Origin: Limnochordia bacterium
GTDB taxonomy: Bacteria; Bacillota; Limnochordia; DTU080; RSA5
Length of the DNA: 64,000 nt
Direction of reading: 5' to 3'
NCBI GenBank assembly: GCA_041686855.1
Contig: JAWLDA010000001.1
Location: 111,700 to 175,699, forward strand
In this document: positions 48,304 through 57,309 of the stretch, in pieces
How positions within the stretch are numbered: the first letter of the stretch is position 1
Layout: each line of letters starts with the position of its first letter
The notes under the pieces: model-generated
What the model saw: only the letters and a program-made list of their open reading frames with translations
What the model was told of the DNA's origin: nothing
Databases searched by the model: none
Translations under genes and position numbers: made by a program

Positions 48304-49484
48304 GGCTGCCCGAGTCGCCTGCGGACGTCCTCAACATCGCTGTCGTCGGCACGGGGGGGCGGGCGGCAAGTCATCTCGAGACGATTCAGACCTTGAAGGA
48401 TCTTTACCGCCTCTCGGCCGTTTGCGACGTGATGCCGGGACGAGCCGATGAGGTTGGTGGGCGTCTGGGGGTTCCGGGATATACAATCCTCGATGAGATG
48501 CTCGAGCAGGAGCGTCCCGACGTTGTGCTGATCACCGTTCCACCCGAGTATCACCACACGGTCGCCTACAAAGCGATGGAGTACGGCGCCCATGTCATCT
48601 GTGAGACGCCCATAGCGATTGCGCTTCCATACGCCGATGCGATGATCAATTTGGCCAAGGAGAAGGGCGTCGCAATCGAAGTGGCGGAGAACGTGTGGCG
48701 GCATCCCGAAGAGCGCTTTAAGAGAATGATTGTAGACTCCGGAATGCTTGGGGACGTGCGAGTGATGCACATGCACTACTCAGCTGGTTCCTACCACGGC
48801 ATGAGTGCTGTCCGAAACCTCATCACCTCCAATCCGGTTCGGGCGATCGGGATGGCACGCCTGATGAAGGCACCGAAGCGGCGCAAATACGTCGACCCGT
48901 TCCACTTCCGCACCTTTGGTCCGCCGGGGGATCAGCCACCTGCCCACCTTTCGGAGTCCGACCTCGCGAGTTGGGAAGCGGGGATGATCGAGTTTGACGA
49001 CGGTGCGGTGGTCAGTTACGAGTTTCCCATGGCCAGCCCATCGGGTCGTGGATGGGATCTACAGGCGACCGAAGGATGGATGTCCCTCACCGAGGTCGTG
49101 CTGATGAACGAGCCCCAACGGCGCTACCGGATCGTGACCGAGTATGACGGGGAGGGCGAGAGTCGTGTACTCACCTCCGTGCGCCTCTACGATGGGGATC
49201 GACCGCTCTCAGATGTCGTGTGGGAGAATCCATTTCTGCGCTACAAGACGAAAGGCCCTGACGACGTAGCCCGAATCGACCAACTGGTGAGCGTCTATCG
49301 CTCGCGAACCGAAGGGATCCAACCGGAGTACGACGGTCATGAAGGTCGCAAGGATATGGAACTCTTGATCGCGGTGCGGGAGTCTGCCCGACTGGGTAGC
49401 CAACCTGTTGCACTCCCCCTGAACGAAGTGACGGGGTATGAAAGGCGGCTCTTTCCCGTTTACGGAGAGCCTCCAGGGAGGTGA
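48300..49484 (+). CDS. Gfo/Idh/MocA family oxidoreductase
   Basis: LNIAVVGTGGRAASH Rossmann motif. GTGA overlap with the upstream gene. Confidence 0.8.
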   Translation: MRLPESPADVLNIAVVGTGGRAASHLETIQTLKDLYRLSAVCDVMPGRADEVGGRLGVPGYTILDEMLEQERPDVVLITVPPEYHHTVAYKAMEYGAHVICETPIAIALPYADAMINLAKEKGVAIEVAENVWRHPEERFKRMIVDSGMLGDVRVMHMHYSAGSYHGMSAVRNLITSNPVRAIGMARLMKAPKRRKYVDPFHFRTFGPPGDQPPAHLSESDLASWEAGMIEFDDGAVVSYEFPMASPSGRGWDLQATEGWMSLTEVVLMNEPQRRYRIVTEYDGEGESRVLTSVRLYDGDRPLSDVVWENPFLRYKTKGPDDVARIDQLVSVYRSRTEGIQPEYDGHEGRKDMELLIAVRESARLGSQPVALPLNEVTGYERRLFPVYGEPPGR

Positions 49485-50050
49485 CGGCGGTGCCGGCACG
49501 ATTTTTGATGGTTCGTCCAGACTTGGAGGCTCTTCCGCAATTAAATCTGCCCGAAGGGTACACCCTCCGCACGTATGTCGATGGGGACGAAGAGGCCTGG
49601 TGCGCCCTGATGGAAGGCGAGATCGGAACGGGGTGGACGTTGAAGAAGTGGCGTACGGATATGGCCGGGCAACCGCAGTTCGATCCCCAAGGGCTTTATT
49701 TTATTGAGATAGAGGGGCGTCCCGTCGCTTCGGCATGTGCCTGGTCTCTCCCGGACAAATACGGGCCCCAGACCGGGGTGCTGCACATGGTGGCCGTACA
49801 TCCCGACCACAGGGGCAAGCGATTGGGCAAAGAGGTGAGCCTGGCCGTGCTGCACTTCTTCCGGGAGCACGGCTACAGCGACGCAGCGCTACATACCGAT
49901 GAGGAACGACCGGCGGCAATTCGGACGTACTTCAACCTCGGTTTTCGGCCCAGTTTTCGTTCGGACGACGAGAAGGCCGGCTGGGAGCGGGTGACCCAGC
50001 ATTGGCCGGAATTGGGCCAAGAACGACCCAAAGAGGGGACAAGCGCGTGA
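49481..50050 (+). CDS. GNAT family N-acetyltransferase
   Basis: HMVAVHPDHRGKRLGK acetyl-CoA-binding motif. GTGA overlaps on both sides. Confidence 0.75.
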   Translation: MTAVPARFLMVRPDLEALPQLNLPEGYTLRTYVDGDEEAWCALMEGEIGTGWTLKKWRTDMAGQPQFDPQGLYFIEIEGRPVASACAWSLPDKYGPQTGVLHMVAVHPDHRGKRLGKEVSLAVLHFFREHGYSDAALHTDEERPAAIRTYFNLGFRPSFRSDDEKAGWERVTQHWPELGQERPKEGTSA

Positions 50051-51015
50051 AAGACGAGATTCGAATCGGGTTGATAGGATGCGGGGTGCGCAGTCGCGTC
50101 CACATCGCTGGGTTTGGTGGAACGGCGAATGCTCGGATCGCGGCCGTCTGCGACGTGGATGACCAGAAGGCACTGGAGGTCGGGAACACGCTGGGCGTCC
50201 CGGCCTATCAGGATGCAGCCGCCATGCTCGAGAATGAGCAGATCGACGCAGCGTGCATCGTGGCGCCGGCGTTTGTTCGAGGCGTCATCGAAGACGTCTG
50301 CATTGACGCAGGCGTGCCGTTTCTGCTTGAGAAGCCGGTCGCCGTCGAGGTCGAGATTGCAGCGCGCATCTCGGAGCGGTTGAGAGCCTCGGGCCTTATG
50401 GCCTGTATCGGCTATCAATTGCGCTACGGGGCGGAGGCGCGGGCGATTCGCCGCTGGAGTGAGGGGCGGCAGATCGGGCTCACTGAGGGCAGGTACTGGA
50501 GTGGCTCCGCTCGCCGGCGGCCCGAAGTTGCGGAGAATCCTCGCATCGGGGGCCAATTGATTGAGCAGGTGACGCATACGTTTGATCTCATGCGCTATTG
50601 GATGGGAGACGTCGAAGAGGTCTTCTCGTACCAGACGCGCAGCTTGGTCGAGCGCGCCGGAACGGCCAACGACTCGTCGGCCGTGGCACTTAAGTTCGCC
50701 GATGGCGCCGTTGGATCGACTCTAGCGACTTGGGGCTCCTCCGCCAAGTATGGTGAAGCCAACGTCGTCACACTCTTCGCCGGAGAGAATCGGGTTGAGT
50801 ATCGCACCGGCAAGGCGCCCATGACGCCACAAGGGCCTCTTGAGACTGTCGATGGGCCGACGCTGCACGAAGCGTTTGTGGAGGCAGTTCGTACAGGTGA
50901 TCCTGCGGGCATCCTCTCTCCGTACGACGATGCGCTGCAGACGCTTTTGGTTTCGGTGGCAGCCAACGAGTCGGCCCGCACGGGGAAACCAGTGCGCATT
51001 GATCGTTTGATCTAA
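50047..51015 (+). CDS. Gfo/Idh/MocA family oxidoreductase
   Basis: IRIGLIGCGVRSRVH Rossmann motif. LEKPVA motif. GTG start with AGAGGGG upstream. Confidence 0.85.
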   Translation: MKDEIRIGLIGCGVRSRVHIAGFGGTANARIAAVCDVDDQKALEVGNTLGVPAYQDAAAMLENEQIDAACIVAPAFVRGVIEDVCIDAGVPFLLEKPVAVEVEIAARISERLRASGLMACIGYQLRYGAEARAIRRWSEGRQIGLTEGRYWSGSARRRPEVAENPRIGGQLIEQVTHTFDLMRYWMGDVEEVFSYQTRSLVERAGTANDSSAVALKFADGAVGSTLATWGSSAKYGEANVVTLFAGENRVEYRTGKAPMTPQGPLETVDGPTLHEAFVEAVRTGDPAGILSPYDDALQTLLVSVAANESARTGKPVRIDRLI

Positions 51016-51040
51016 GGCGAGTATACGAGGAGGCTCGGAG

Positions 51041-52888
51041 ATGTCGGGACTCTTTTTGGTGAAAGACGGGCAACCGACCAGCGTGATCGTGCGCGAAGTG
51101 GCAGCGGGGCTCAATGCGCCTTTGGACGATGCAATCGAGGAGTTGCAGGAGGCGGTACGACGGGCGAGTGGGGCGACGCTTGATCTCGTCTCGCCGCTCC
51201 AATTCGCCGATCTCCCCAAAGAGGTTGTACGCATCTCCGTGGGTCCGACCCGTCTGACGCGCGCACTCGGAATCGACCCCGAGAGTTTGCCACCAGAGAC
51301 GTTTCGAGTCGTGGCTCGGGAGAATTCACTCGCCCTTGTCGGTAGCGCCCTCACGCCCGATGCTACGCTTTGGGCCGTTGTCCACTTTCTCGATCGATGC
51401 TTGGGAGTGCGCTGGCTATGGCCGGGAGAGACCGGCACTTACGTCCCAAAGCACTCGACCATCTCCCTGCCCTCAATCGATGTGACAGCGCGCCCTGGCC
51501 TCGAGAAGCGTAACTTGCGCGTCTCGGCATTGGCTCCCAAGGAAGGGACACGGTGGCTACGGGTCCACCAGATGGGGAGTCGCAGTCAATACTCGTTTGG
51601 GCACGCGTTTATGCATTGGTGGGACGCGTACCATGTGGAGCATCCAAAGCTTTTCGCGGTGCCCCCGCCAGGAAAAGAGCAAGTACGGGGAGACCGGGTC
51701 AAGCTCAACATTGCCAATCCGTCGATCGATGACGTCATCCTCCGGGAGTGGCAGGCAGCCGGTACGCCGGATAACTGGAATGTCTCTCCCAACGACGGGA
51801 CTGGCTTTTGCACGTGCGATGCGTGTCGGGCGATGGATGTTCCCACAGACCAGCCGCCTGAGGAGATTTGGGCGGGCAAGGCGAAACTGGCCGCACGGTA
51901 CGTGCGCTTTTGGAATCGACTCCTTGCAAAGATGCGGGCGATCAATCCGCGGGCGACACTCTCCGCGTATGCGTACAGTGCCTATCGGGACCTGCCCCCG
52001 GAAGTGCGACTACAAGACGGCATTGTGTTAGGTTTTGTGCACACCTACTGGGCCCAGGAGCGTTGGCAGGCATGGTCGGCTGCCGGAGCCAAGCTGCTCC
52101 TCCGTCCCAACTGGTGGTACTCCGGCGGTATCGCTCCCCACCTTCCCCTGCACTCACAAGGGGAGTTCTTTCAGTTTGCTCAGGAGAACGGCATGATTGG
52201 GTTTGACTTTGACACTCTGCACGGACACTGGGCGACGCAAGGCGTGCTCTATTACCTCATTGCACGATTAGCTGAACGCCCGGAACTCTCCATCGACGAC
52301 GTAATCCGGGAGTATGCGTCCGCCTTTGGCCGTGCGGCGCCCGCGATCGTCGAGTACATCTCGTACTGGGAGCGTTTCTCGGAGGAAGCCGCCGTCCCCG
52401 CCGCCGCGGGCGGCGTCGTCACCCAGGAGAGGCGAGGGCGGTATGAGGAGATTGCCGAAGCGTACGGCGTGCCCCTCCATCCTATCACGGGGAGTTACCC
52501 CGCTTTGCAATACCTGTACACCGACGACGTTATCCATGACGCGCGCTCGATTCTTGACAGGGCGGAGGCGTTGGCACAGGACGACGAGGACATCGTCCAC
52601 GAGCGGATTGCTTTCTTGCGAGATGGGTTGCGTCACGTGGAGCTGACTCGGGACCTGGTGAGCATCGGGTACGAGGGGGCGCCGGACGATGACGCTTCTG
52701 CCGCGTTTGGGAAGATGCGTGAAGAGTTGGAGCGTTTCCGTGCGGACGCCTCTGAGCGACATGTCGTCTGGGCGCCCGTTCTGGCCGCGTACGAGGCGCG
52801 TCGTCAGATTCCCACTCACGAGAGTCGGATCGTGCGTCGTAAGGAGGAGCTCGCGCAAATCAATCAGAGTGAGCGTCACTTCGGGTGA
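51041..52888 (+). CDS. DUF4838-like domain protein (glycoside-hydrolase-related fold, function unknown)
   Basis: N-terminal segment LFLVKDGQPTSVIV..A.EELQE and the CTCDACRAMD cysteine motif resemble DUF4838 proteins. GAGGAGG 8 bp before ATG. Assignment made from memory, not by search. Confidence 0.5.
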   Translation: MSGLFLVKDGQPTSVIVREVAAGLNAPLDDAIEELQEAVRRASGATLDLVSPLQFADLPKEVVRISVGPTRLTRALGIDPESLPPETFRVVARENSLALVGSALTPDATLWAVVHFLDRCLGVRWLWPGETGTYVPKHSTISLPSIDVTARPGLEKRNLRVSALAPKEGTRWLRVHQMGSRSQYSFGHAFMHWWDAYHVEHPKLFAVPPPGKEQVRGDRVKLNIANPSIDDVILREWQAAGTPDNWNVSPNDGTGFCTCDACRAMDVPTDQPPEEIWAGKAKLAARYVRFWNRLLAKMRAINPRATLSAYAYSAYRDLPPEVRLQDGIVLGFVHTYWAQERWQAWSAAGAKLLLRPNWWYSGGIAPHLPLHSQGEFFQFAQENGMIGFDFDTLHGHWATQGVLYYLIARLAERPELSIDDVIREYASAFGRAAPAIVEYISYWERFSEEAAVPAAAGGVVTQERRGRYEEIAEAYGVPLHPITGSYPALQYLYTDDVIHDARSILDRAEALAQDDEDIVHERIAFLRDGLRHVELTRDLVSIGYEGAPDDDASAAFGKMREELERFRADASERHVVWAPVLAAYEARRQIPTHESRIVRRKEELAQINQSERHFG

Positions 52889-52918
52889 GTGCGGTAGACG
52901 ATGACGTGGAGGCAGGGT

Positions 52919-54217
52919 CTACTCTTCGGCGAGGATCGCGTTGATTTGGCGAGAAGCCTCCGCCAATGCTTCGCCGGCACCGATCCGGCCAGCCAAGATG
53001 TTGAGGCTCACCTGTGTCAACGTGCGGCGAATCTCGGGCTTGGGGTAGCGAGGCAGGGGCGTGAATGTGTTCATGGTCTCATTCCAGACGGCTTCCACCG
53101 CGGTGCGAAACTGCCCGTAGCTCATCTGGAGATCGATATGAGGCCTCACGAGGCTTCGTTGATTGGGTATGTTCCCGAGTTGTGTCATCTGGTACTCGGC
53201 TTGGTGTGGAACAATAAACTTGAGGACTTCCCAGGCTGCGTCTGTTCGTGGAGACGCAGCGTTAATCATCCATGGCTGGAACGAGGCCATGGTATGCCGT
53301 CCAGCCGGCCCTGACGGGTATGGGACGTAGTCGGGCAGATACGGGAAGAGACCGATGTGAAAGGCGGTAGGCGTGCCCTGGTCAAAGACGACGTCCCCGC
53401 TCTCGCGCCGCTCGTACGTACCGGGCGCCTCCAGATCAGCAATGACGATCGCGTCTCTTACGACTTGGTCGGCCATCCACTCGTACGCCGTCACCGTTTC
53501 GAGCGAGTTGATCGCCGTCTGATTGCTGTCGACCGACATCACGTTGCCGCCGAAGTTCCAAATAAACGGCCATTCGTTGAACGCGGAACTCGCCGTACCC
53601 AGGAGACCGATCTGGACGAGATGCCCTTCGCCTTCACGTTCGGTCACTTTCGTCGCGTAAAGGGCGAAGGTCTCCTGATCCCACCGACCCGCATCGAAGA
53701 GAGCGTTGGGGTCTTCGAGGCCGGCCGCGTTGAGCGCGGCGGCGTGGTACGCCATGGGCTTGACGTAAACGGATCCGGGGATGCCGACGGTCTTCCCGTT
53801 GTACCGATCGAAAAAGAGGAGCTCTTGCGCGAAGTCACGCTCCTGCGCTAAAAAGCCGTCGAGCGGGAGGGCAGAGTTGGTCAAGTAAACACTGTTCGCG
53901 TCCTCCGGCTCCATAATAAAGAGATCCGGCGCCTCGTCTCCAAGGGTTGCGAGCATGACAAGGACTTTCTCTGCGTACTCGGAGGCGCGCCCGGGGACGA
54001 CCATCAAATTGATGTCGATGTTGGGGTGGTCAAACTCCTGAAGTAGCCGTTGTAAATTGGGTTGGGGGCCGGCCTCTTCGACGAACTGTCCCCACACGGC
54101 CACATTGACGGTCGTTGCCGCGGCGCTTTGCGCTGAAACAGGGCGCACAGCGGCTCCAAACGCCCCAACCAGCGCTATGAGGACTCCAATGAGAAACGGG
54201 TTCGCCATTCGATGCAC
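52919..54217 (-). CDS. ABC transporter substrate-binding protein (carbohydrate), orphan
   Basis: Signal peptide MANPFLIGVLIALVGAFGAAVRPVSAQS. SBP family-1 pattern. GAGGGA upstream of GTG. Confidence 0.85.
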   Translation of the reverse strand: MHRMANPFLIGVLIALVGAFGAAVRPVSAQSAAATTVNVAVWGQFVEEAGPQPNLQRLLQEFDHPNIDINLMVVPGRASEYAEKVLVMLATLGDEAPDLFIMEPEDANSVYLTNSALPLDGFLAQERDFAQELLFFDRYNGKTVGIPGSVYVKPMAYHAAALNAAGLEDPNALFDAGRWDQETFALYATKVTEREGEGHLVQIGLLGTASSAFNEWPFIWNFGGNVMSVDSNQTAINSLETVTAYEWMADQVVRDAIVIADLEAPGTYERRESGDVVFDQGTPTAFHIGLFPYLPDYVPYPSGPAGRHTMASFQPWMINAASPRTDAAWEVLKFIVPHQAEYQMTQLGNIPNQRSLVRPHIDLQMSYGQFRTAVEAVWNETMNTFTPLPRYPKPEIRRTLTQVSLNILAGRIGAGEALAEASRQINAILAEE

Positions 54218-54278
54218 GGTCGCATCCCTCCCCTCAAAACAATATCAGAAAACCTCTATGCGAGCCATGGTCTCGCCG

Positions 54279-55124
54279 TTACGCTTGCGCCATGGCTCGC
54301 TCAATGTTCTCGCGGGCCACGAGAATGCGACGGTCCAACTCCTGCGCTGACGCCGGTTCACGATCGGTGCCATCAAGTCGTTCAATCACGACAGGGCCGT
54401 CGAAGCCTCTCTGCTTAAGCACCCGAAAGATGCGCACCCAATCAATATCACCCTCACACGGGATCGGGAAGTTCACTTCGGCTCGAGCGCCCTTGTGGTC
54501 CTTGGCGATCAAGCAGTGAATCTCGTCTGCGATATACTCGAGATCCTCTTCGGGCGAGATCCCCTCGTAAAAGCGGACGTTGCCTGGATCGTAACATCCC
54601 CGCACACTCGGATGACCCACATCGGCGAGGGTCTTGGCGAGCACGCGCGCCGTTGCGGTGTTCCCTGTGTGCGGCTTAAATGTGATGGTGATGCCTCGGG
54701 TTGCCGCGTGCTCGGCGACCGGCTTCACTCGCTCTAGGAAGATTTGGTGCTCACGTTTTTGTTCGGCGGCGGGCTTTGGCTCTTCGGGGGCCTGGGTGTA
54801 CCCAAACACCCGGTAGCCAAAGGGTCCGAGCCAGACGACCATTTTAGCGCCGACGTCCGCGGCGAAGTCAATGCGGCGTTGCATCTCTTCGACCTCGAGG
54901 TTCATCACTTGGACTCCGTAAAGGACAGAGGGCTGGAGTCGATACGCTTCGCACATACGCGCGACTCGGGAAGCTTCGGACGGCGTGTGCTCTTGGGGTA
55001 CACCGACGCCGGCATGGCGCAGGCCAAATCCGACGAAGCGGTAGCCGGCCCCGGCGACACCTTCGAGCGCGCGTTCAAAGGGGTAACGGGCGTACGGCAA
55101 GGTGAAACAGACGAGCTCAGACAT
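54279..55124 (-). CDS. sugar phosphate isomerase/epimerase (xylose-isomerase-like TIM barrel)
   Basis: FTLPYARYPFERALEGVAGAGYRFVGFGLRHAG. Paralogous to the 47440-48303 protein. Confidence 0.85.
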   Translation of the reverse strand: MSELVCFTLPYARYPFERALEGVAGAGYRFVGFGLRHAGVGVPQEHTPSEASRVARMCEAYRLQPSVLYGVQVMNLEVEEMQRRIDFAADVGAKMVVWLGPFGYRVFGYTQAPEEPKPAAEQKREHQIFLERVKPVAEHAATRGITITFKPHTGNTATARVLAKTLADVGHPSVRGCYDPGNVRFYEGISPEEDLEYIADEIHCLIAKDHKGARAEVNFPIPCEGDIDWVRIFRVLKQRGFDGPVVIERLDGTDREPASAQELDRRILVARENIERAMAQA

Positions 55125-55242
55125 TAAAGGTCACCTCAAAATGAGCATGGAGTGGGTCAAGAGATGCACGGTTGTATCGCGTTGGAATTCATCGAAGGGG
55201 AGCACGCTCCTGCGGAGTGTCCTGGCTCGCTTTGGGAGGTGT

Positions 55243-55926
55243 CTAGCGATGGTCGCGCAAAGCGATGGCGATGTCGGGACGATCGGTGGTGATACCGTCT
55301 GGCTGTAACGCCATCGTAGAACGGATCGCCTCCTCGGTAATTGGATTCCACGCGCGCACAAAGAGTCCAAGCTCGCGGCAGAGGCGTAGGTGCTCTCGCG
55401 TCAGCGCGGTGTAGTGAATCCCCACACCCTGAGCACCTAGACGTGCAGCGCTGTGTAAGTCCGAGTCCGCAGGAGTGTGGAAGGGCAGTCCGACTGAGAG
55501 ACGGGGCTCGAGCTGCTTAGCTTGCGAGACTGTGATGATGCTACCGGTAACGATGACGAGTTCGAGAAGGTTGTGAGCGCACACGGCAGCCAACGTCCCG
55601 TCGACGGCTTCGGGCGCTTTGATCTCCAAGAGCGCGGGGATTTGGCGACCGGCGATCAGTGCCAACATCTCGTCTAGGAGTGGGACACGCTCCCCGTTGC
55701 CGGCGTCGAGAGAGCGGATTTCGCTCAAGGAGAGCGAAGAGACGGGGCCGCTTCCGTTGGTCGTGCGATCGACTGTGGCGTCGTGCATCAACACGAGATG
55801 CCCGTCGGCGGTGGCGCGGATATCGCACTCAAGCATGTCGACTCCGAGACGGATCGCTTCCTCAAATCCGAGTAATGTATTCTCCGGTTTGAGACCGGCG
55901 GCACCGCGGTGACCGATGACGATCAT
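55243..55926 (-). CDS. glycerophosphodiester phosphodiesterase (GDPD family)
   Basis: IGHRGA...ENT...ECD and LMHD motifs characteristic of GDPD. Confidence 0.85.
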   Translation of the reverse strand: MIVIGHRGAAGLKPENTLLGFEEAIRLGVDMLECDIRATADGHLVLMHDATVDRTTNGSGPVSSLSLSEIRSLDAGNGERVPLLDEMLALIAGRQIPALLEIKAPEAVDGTLAAVCAHNLLELVIVTGSIITVSQAKQLEPRLSVGLPFHTPADSDLHSAARLGAQGVGIHYTALTREHLRLCRELGLFVRAWNPITEEAIRSTMALQPDGITTDRPDIAIALRDHR

Positions 55927-55938
55927 CGGCAGCGACCC

Positions 55939-56196
55939 CTAAACATGCTCTGTGGTCGACAAAGCGCGTTGGTGGTTGGTGCGCTCCACCGACTTGTAGG
56001 CGTCGTACATCCCCCACAACCACAAGATTGGCGTGGTCATAAACCCGACGGCTCCGCTCATTAGCAAGAGTGAAATGATGTAGGCAATGACCAACGTAAT
56101 TCCTTTGCCTTTCTCACCACTGTAAATATGGCCGAGACCGCAGAAAAGGAACGACAACAAGACAGCGGTACTGGTCTTTTTCTCCAATGCTGTCAC
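55939..56196 (-). CDS. TM2-domain small membrane protein
   Basis: 85 aa with two TM helices. LSFLFCGLGHIYSGEKGKG resembles the TM2 domain. 12 bp upstream of the GDPD gene. Confidence 0.5.
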   Translation of the reverse strand: MTALEKKTSTAVLLSFLFCGLGHIYSGEKGKGITLVIAYIISLLLMSGAVGFMTTPILWLWGMYDAYKSVERTNHQRALSTTEHV

Positions 56197-56346
56197 ACCC
56201 CTATCGCGTGTGTCATCGTTGGGTCTTTTAGTTGGATCTTAATCATAATGCATGGCCTTACTCTTTGACGGAACCTGTGGGTCACCTCCTAAAAATTCAA
56301 AAATAAACACCGAATGTGATGTCGAAGATTGTCGTAACGTTGTGTT

Positions 56347-56375
56347 TGACACCGCCAACACAATTAGGTAAAATC
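56347..56375 (+). promoter_or_regulatory. near-consensus sigma70 promoter TTGACA-N17-TAAAAT upstream of cysD
   Basis: Perfect -35 hexamer and TAAAAT -10 hexamer with 17-bp spacing, ~55 bp upstream of the cysD ATG. Confidence 0.5.
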
Positions 56376-56393
56376 GGACCACGAAATCGGACT

Positions 56394-56409
56394 AAAACGC
56401 GCGTTTTAC
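56394..56409 (+). promoter_or_regulatory. 16-bp perfect palindrome TAAAACGCGCGTTTTA between promoter and cysD start (candidate operator)
   Basis: Perfect dyad ~+12 to +27 relative to the predicted TSS. Flanked by AATCGGAC direct repeats. Confidence 0.4.
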
Positions 56410-56427
56410 TCGGAATTGGTGGTGTGA

Positions 56428-57309
56428 ATGGATTATCTCCAACGACTCGAGAATCGCAGTATTCACATCCTGCGCGAGGCCTACAGCGGCTTTCGCCAAT
56501 TGGGCATGCTCTGGTCCATCGGCAAGGATAGCACCGTCTTGCTGTGGCTGGCTCGCAAAGCCTTCTTTGGGCACGTTCCTTTCCCGCTCATTCACGTCGA
56601 CACCAGTTACAAGATCCCCGAAATGATCGAGTACCGTGACCGCTTGGCCCGCGAGTGGCGCCTCGATATGATCTACGGCCAAAACCAGGCTGCGCTCGAG
56701 GCCAAGCAGACCTTCCCCGAAGGCAACGCAACGCGCCTCGAGTGCTGCAAAGCGCTTAAGACACAAGCGTTGATCAACACGCTCAACGGCGAGTGGCCCC
56801 GCTTTCGACTCAACCACGAGATGGGCGAGTACGAGCCCGACGCCAATACGGAGGCGTACACCGGAGTGATTGTCGGGGTCCGCTCAGACGAAGAAGGGAC
56901 TCGCTCTAAGGAGCGTTACTTCTCGGCCCGCGGCGCCAACAGCGAGTGGGATTTCGGCGATCAGCCCCCTGAGTTTTGGAACCAGTACAAAACCGACTTC
57001 GCACCGGGGACACATGTGCGGATTCACCCCTTACTCGACTGGACGGAGTTGAACATTTGGGAGTACATCGACCGGGAGAAGATTCCCGTGGTCTCCCTCT
57101 ACTTTGACCAAGGCACCGGGACGCGCTACCGCTCGCTTGGGTGCGCTCCGTGTACCAAACCCGTGGAGTCGACTGCTCGCAACGTGAAGGAGATCATCGC
57201 AGAGTTGGCGACGGGGAAGTTTGCAAATGTCGCCGAGCGATCTGGAAGGGAGCAGGACAAAGAAGATGGCGGTGGACTTGAAGCGCTTCGCAGAGAAGGG
57301 TACATGTAA
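56428..57309 (+). CDS. cysD: sulfate adenylyltransferase subunit 2
   Basis: PP-loop motif SIGKDS. Full-length similarity to the CysD pattern. Start of the sulfate-assimilation operon. Confidence 0.9.
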   Translation: MDYLQRLENRSIHILREAYSGFRQLGMLWSIGKDSTVLLWLARKAFFGHVPFPLIHVDTSYKIPEMIEYRDRLAREWRLDMIYGQNQAALEAKQTFPEGNATRLECCKALKTQALINTLNGEWPRFRLNHEMGEYEPDANTEAYTGVIVGVRSDEEGTRSKERYFSARGANSEWDFGDQPPEFWNQYKTDFAPGTHVRIHPLLDWTELNIWEYIDREKIPVVSLYFDQGTGTRYRSLGCAPCTKPVESTARNVKEIIAELATGKFANVAERSGREQDKEDGGGLEALRREGYM

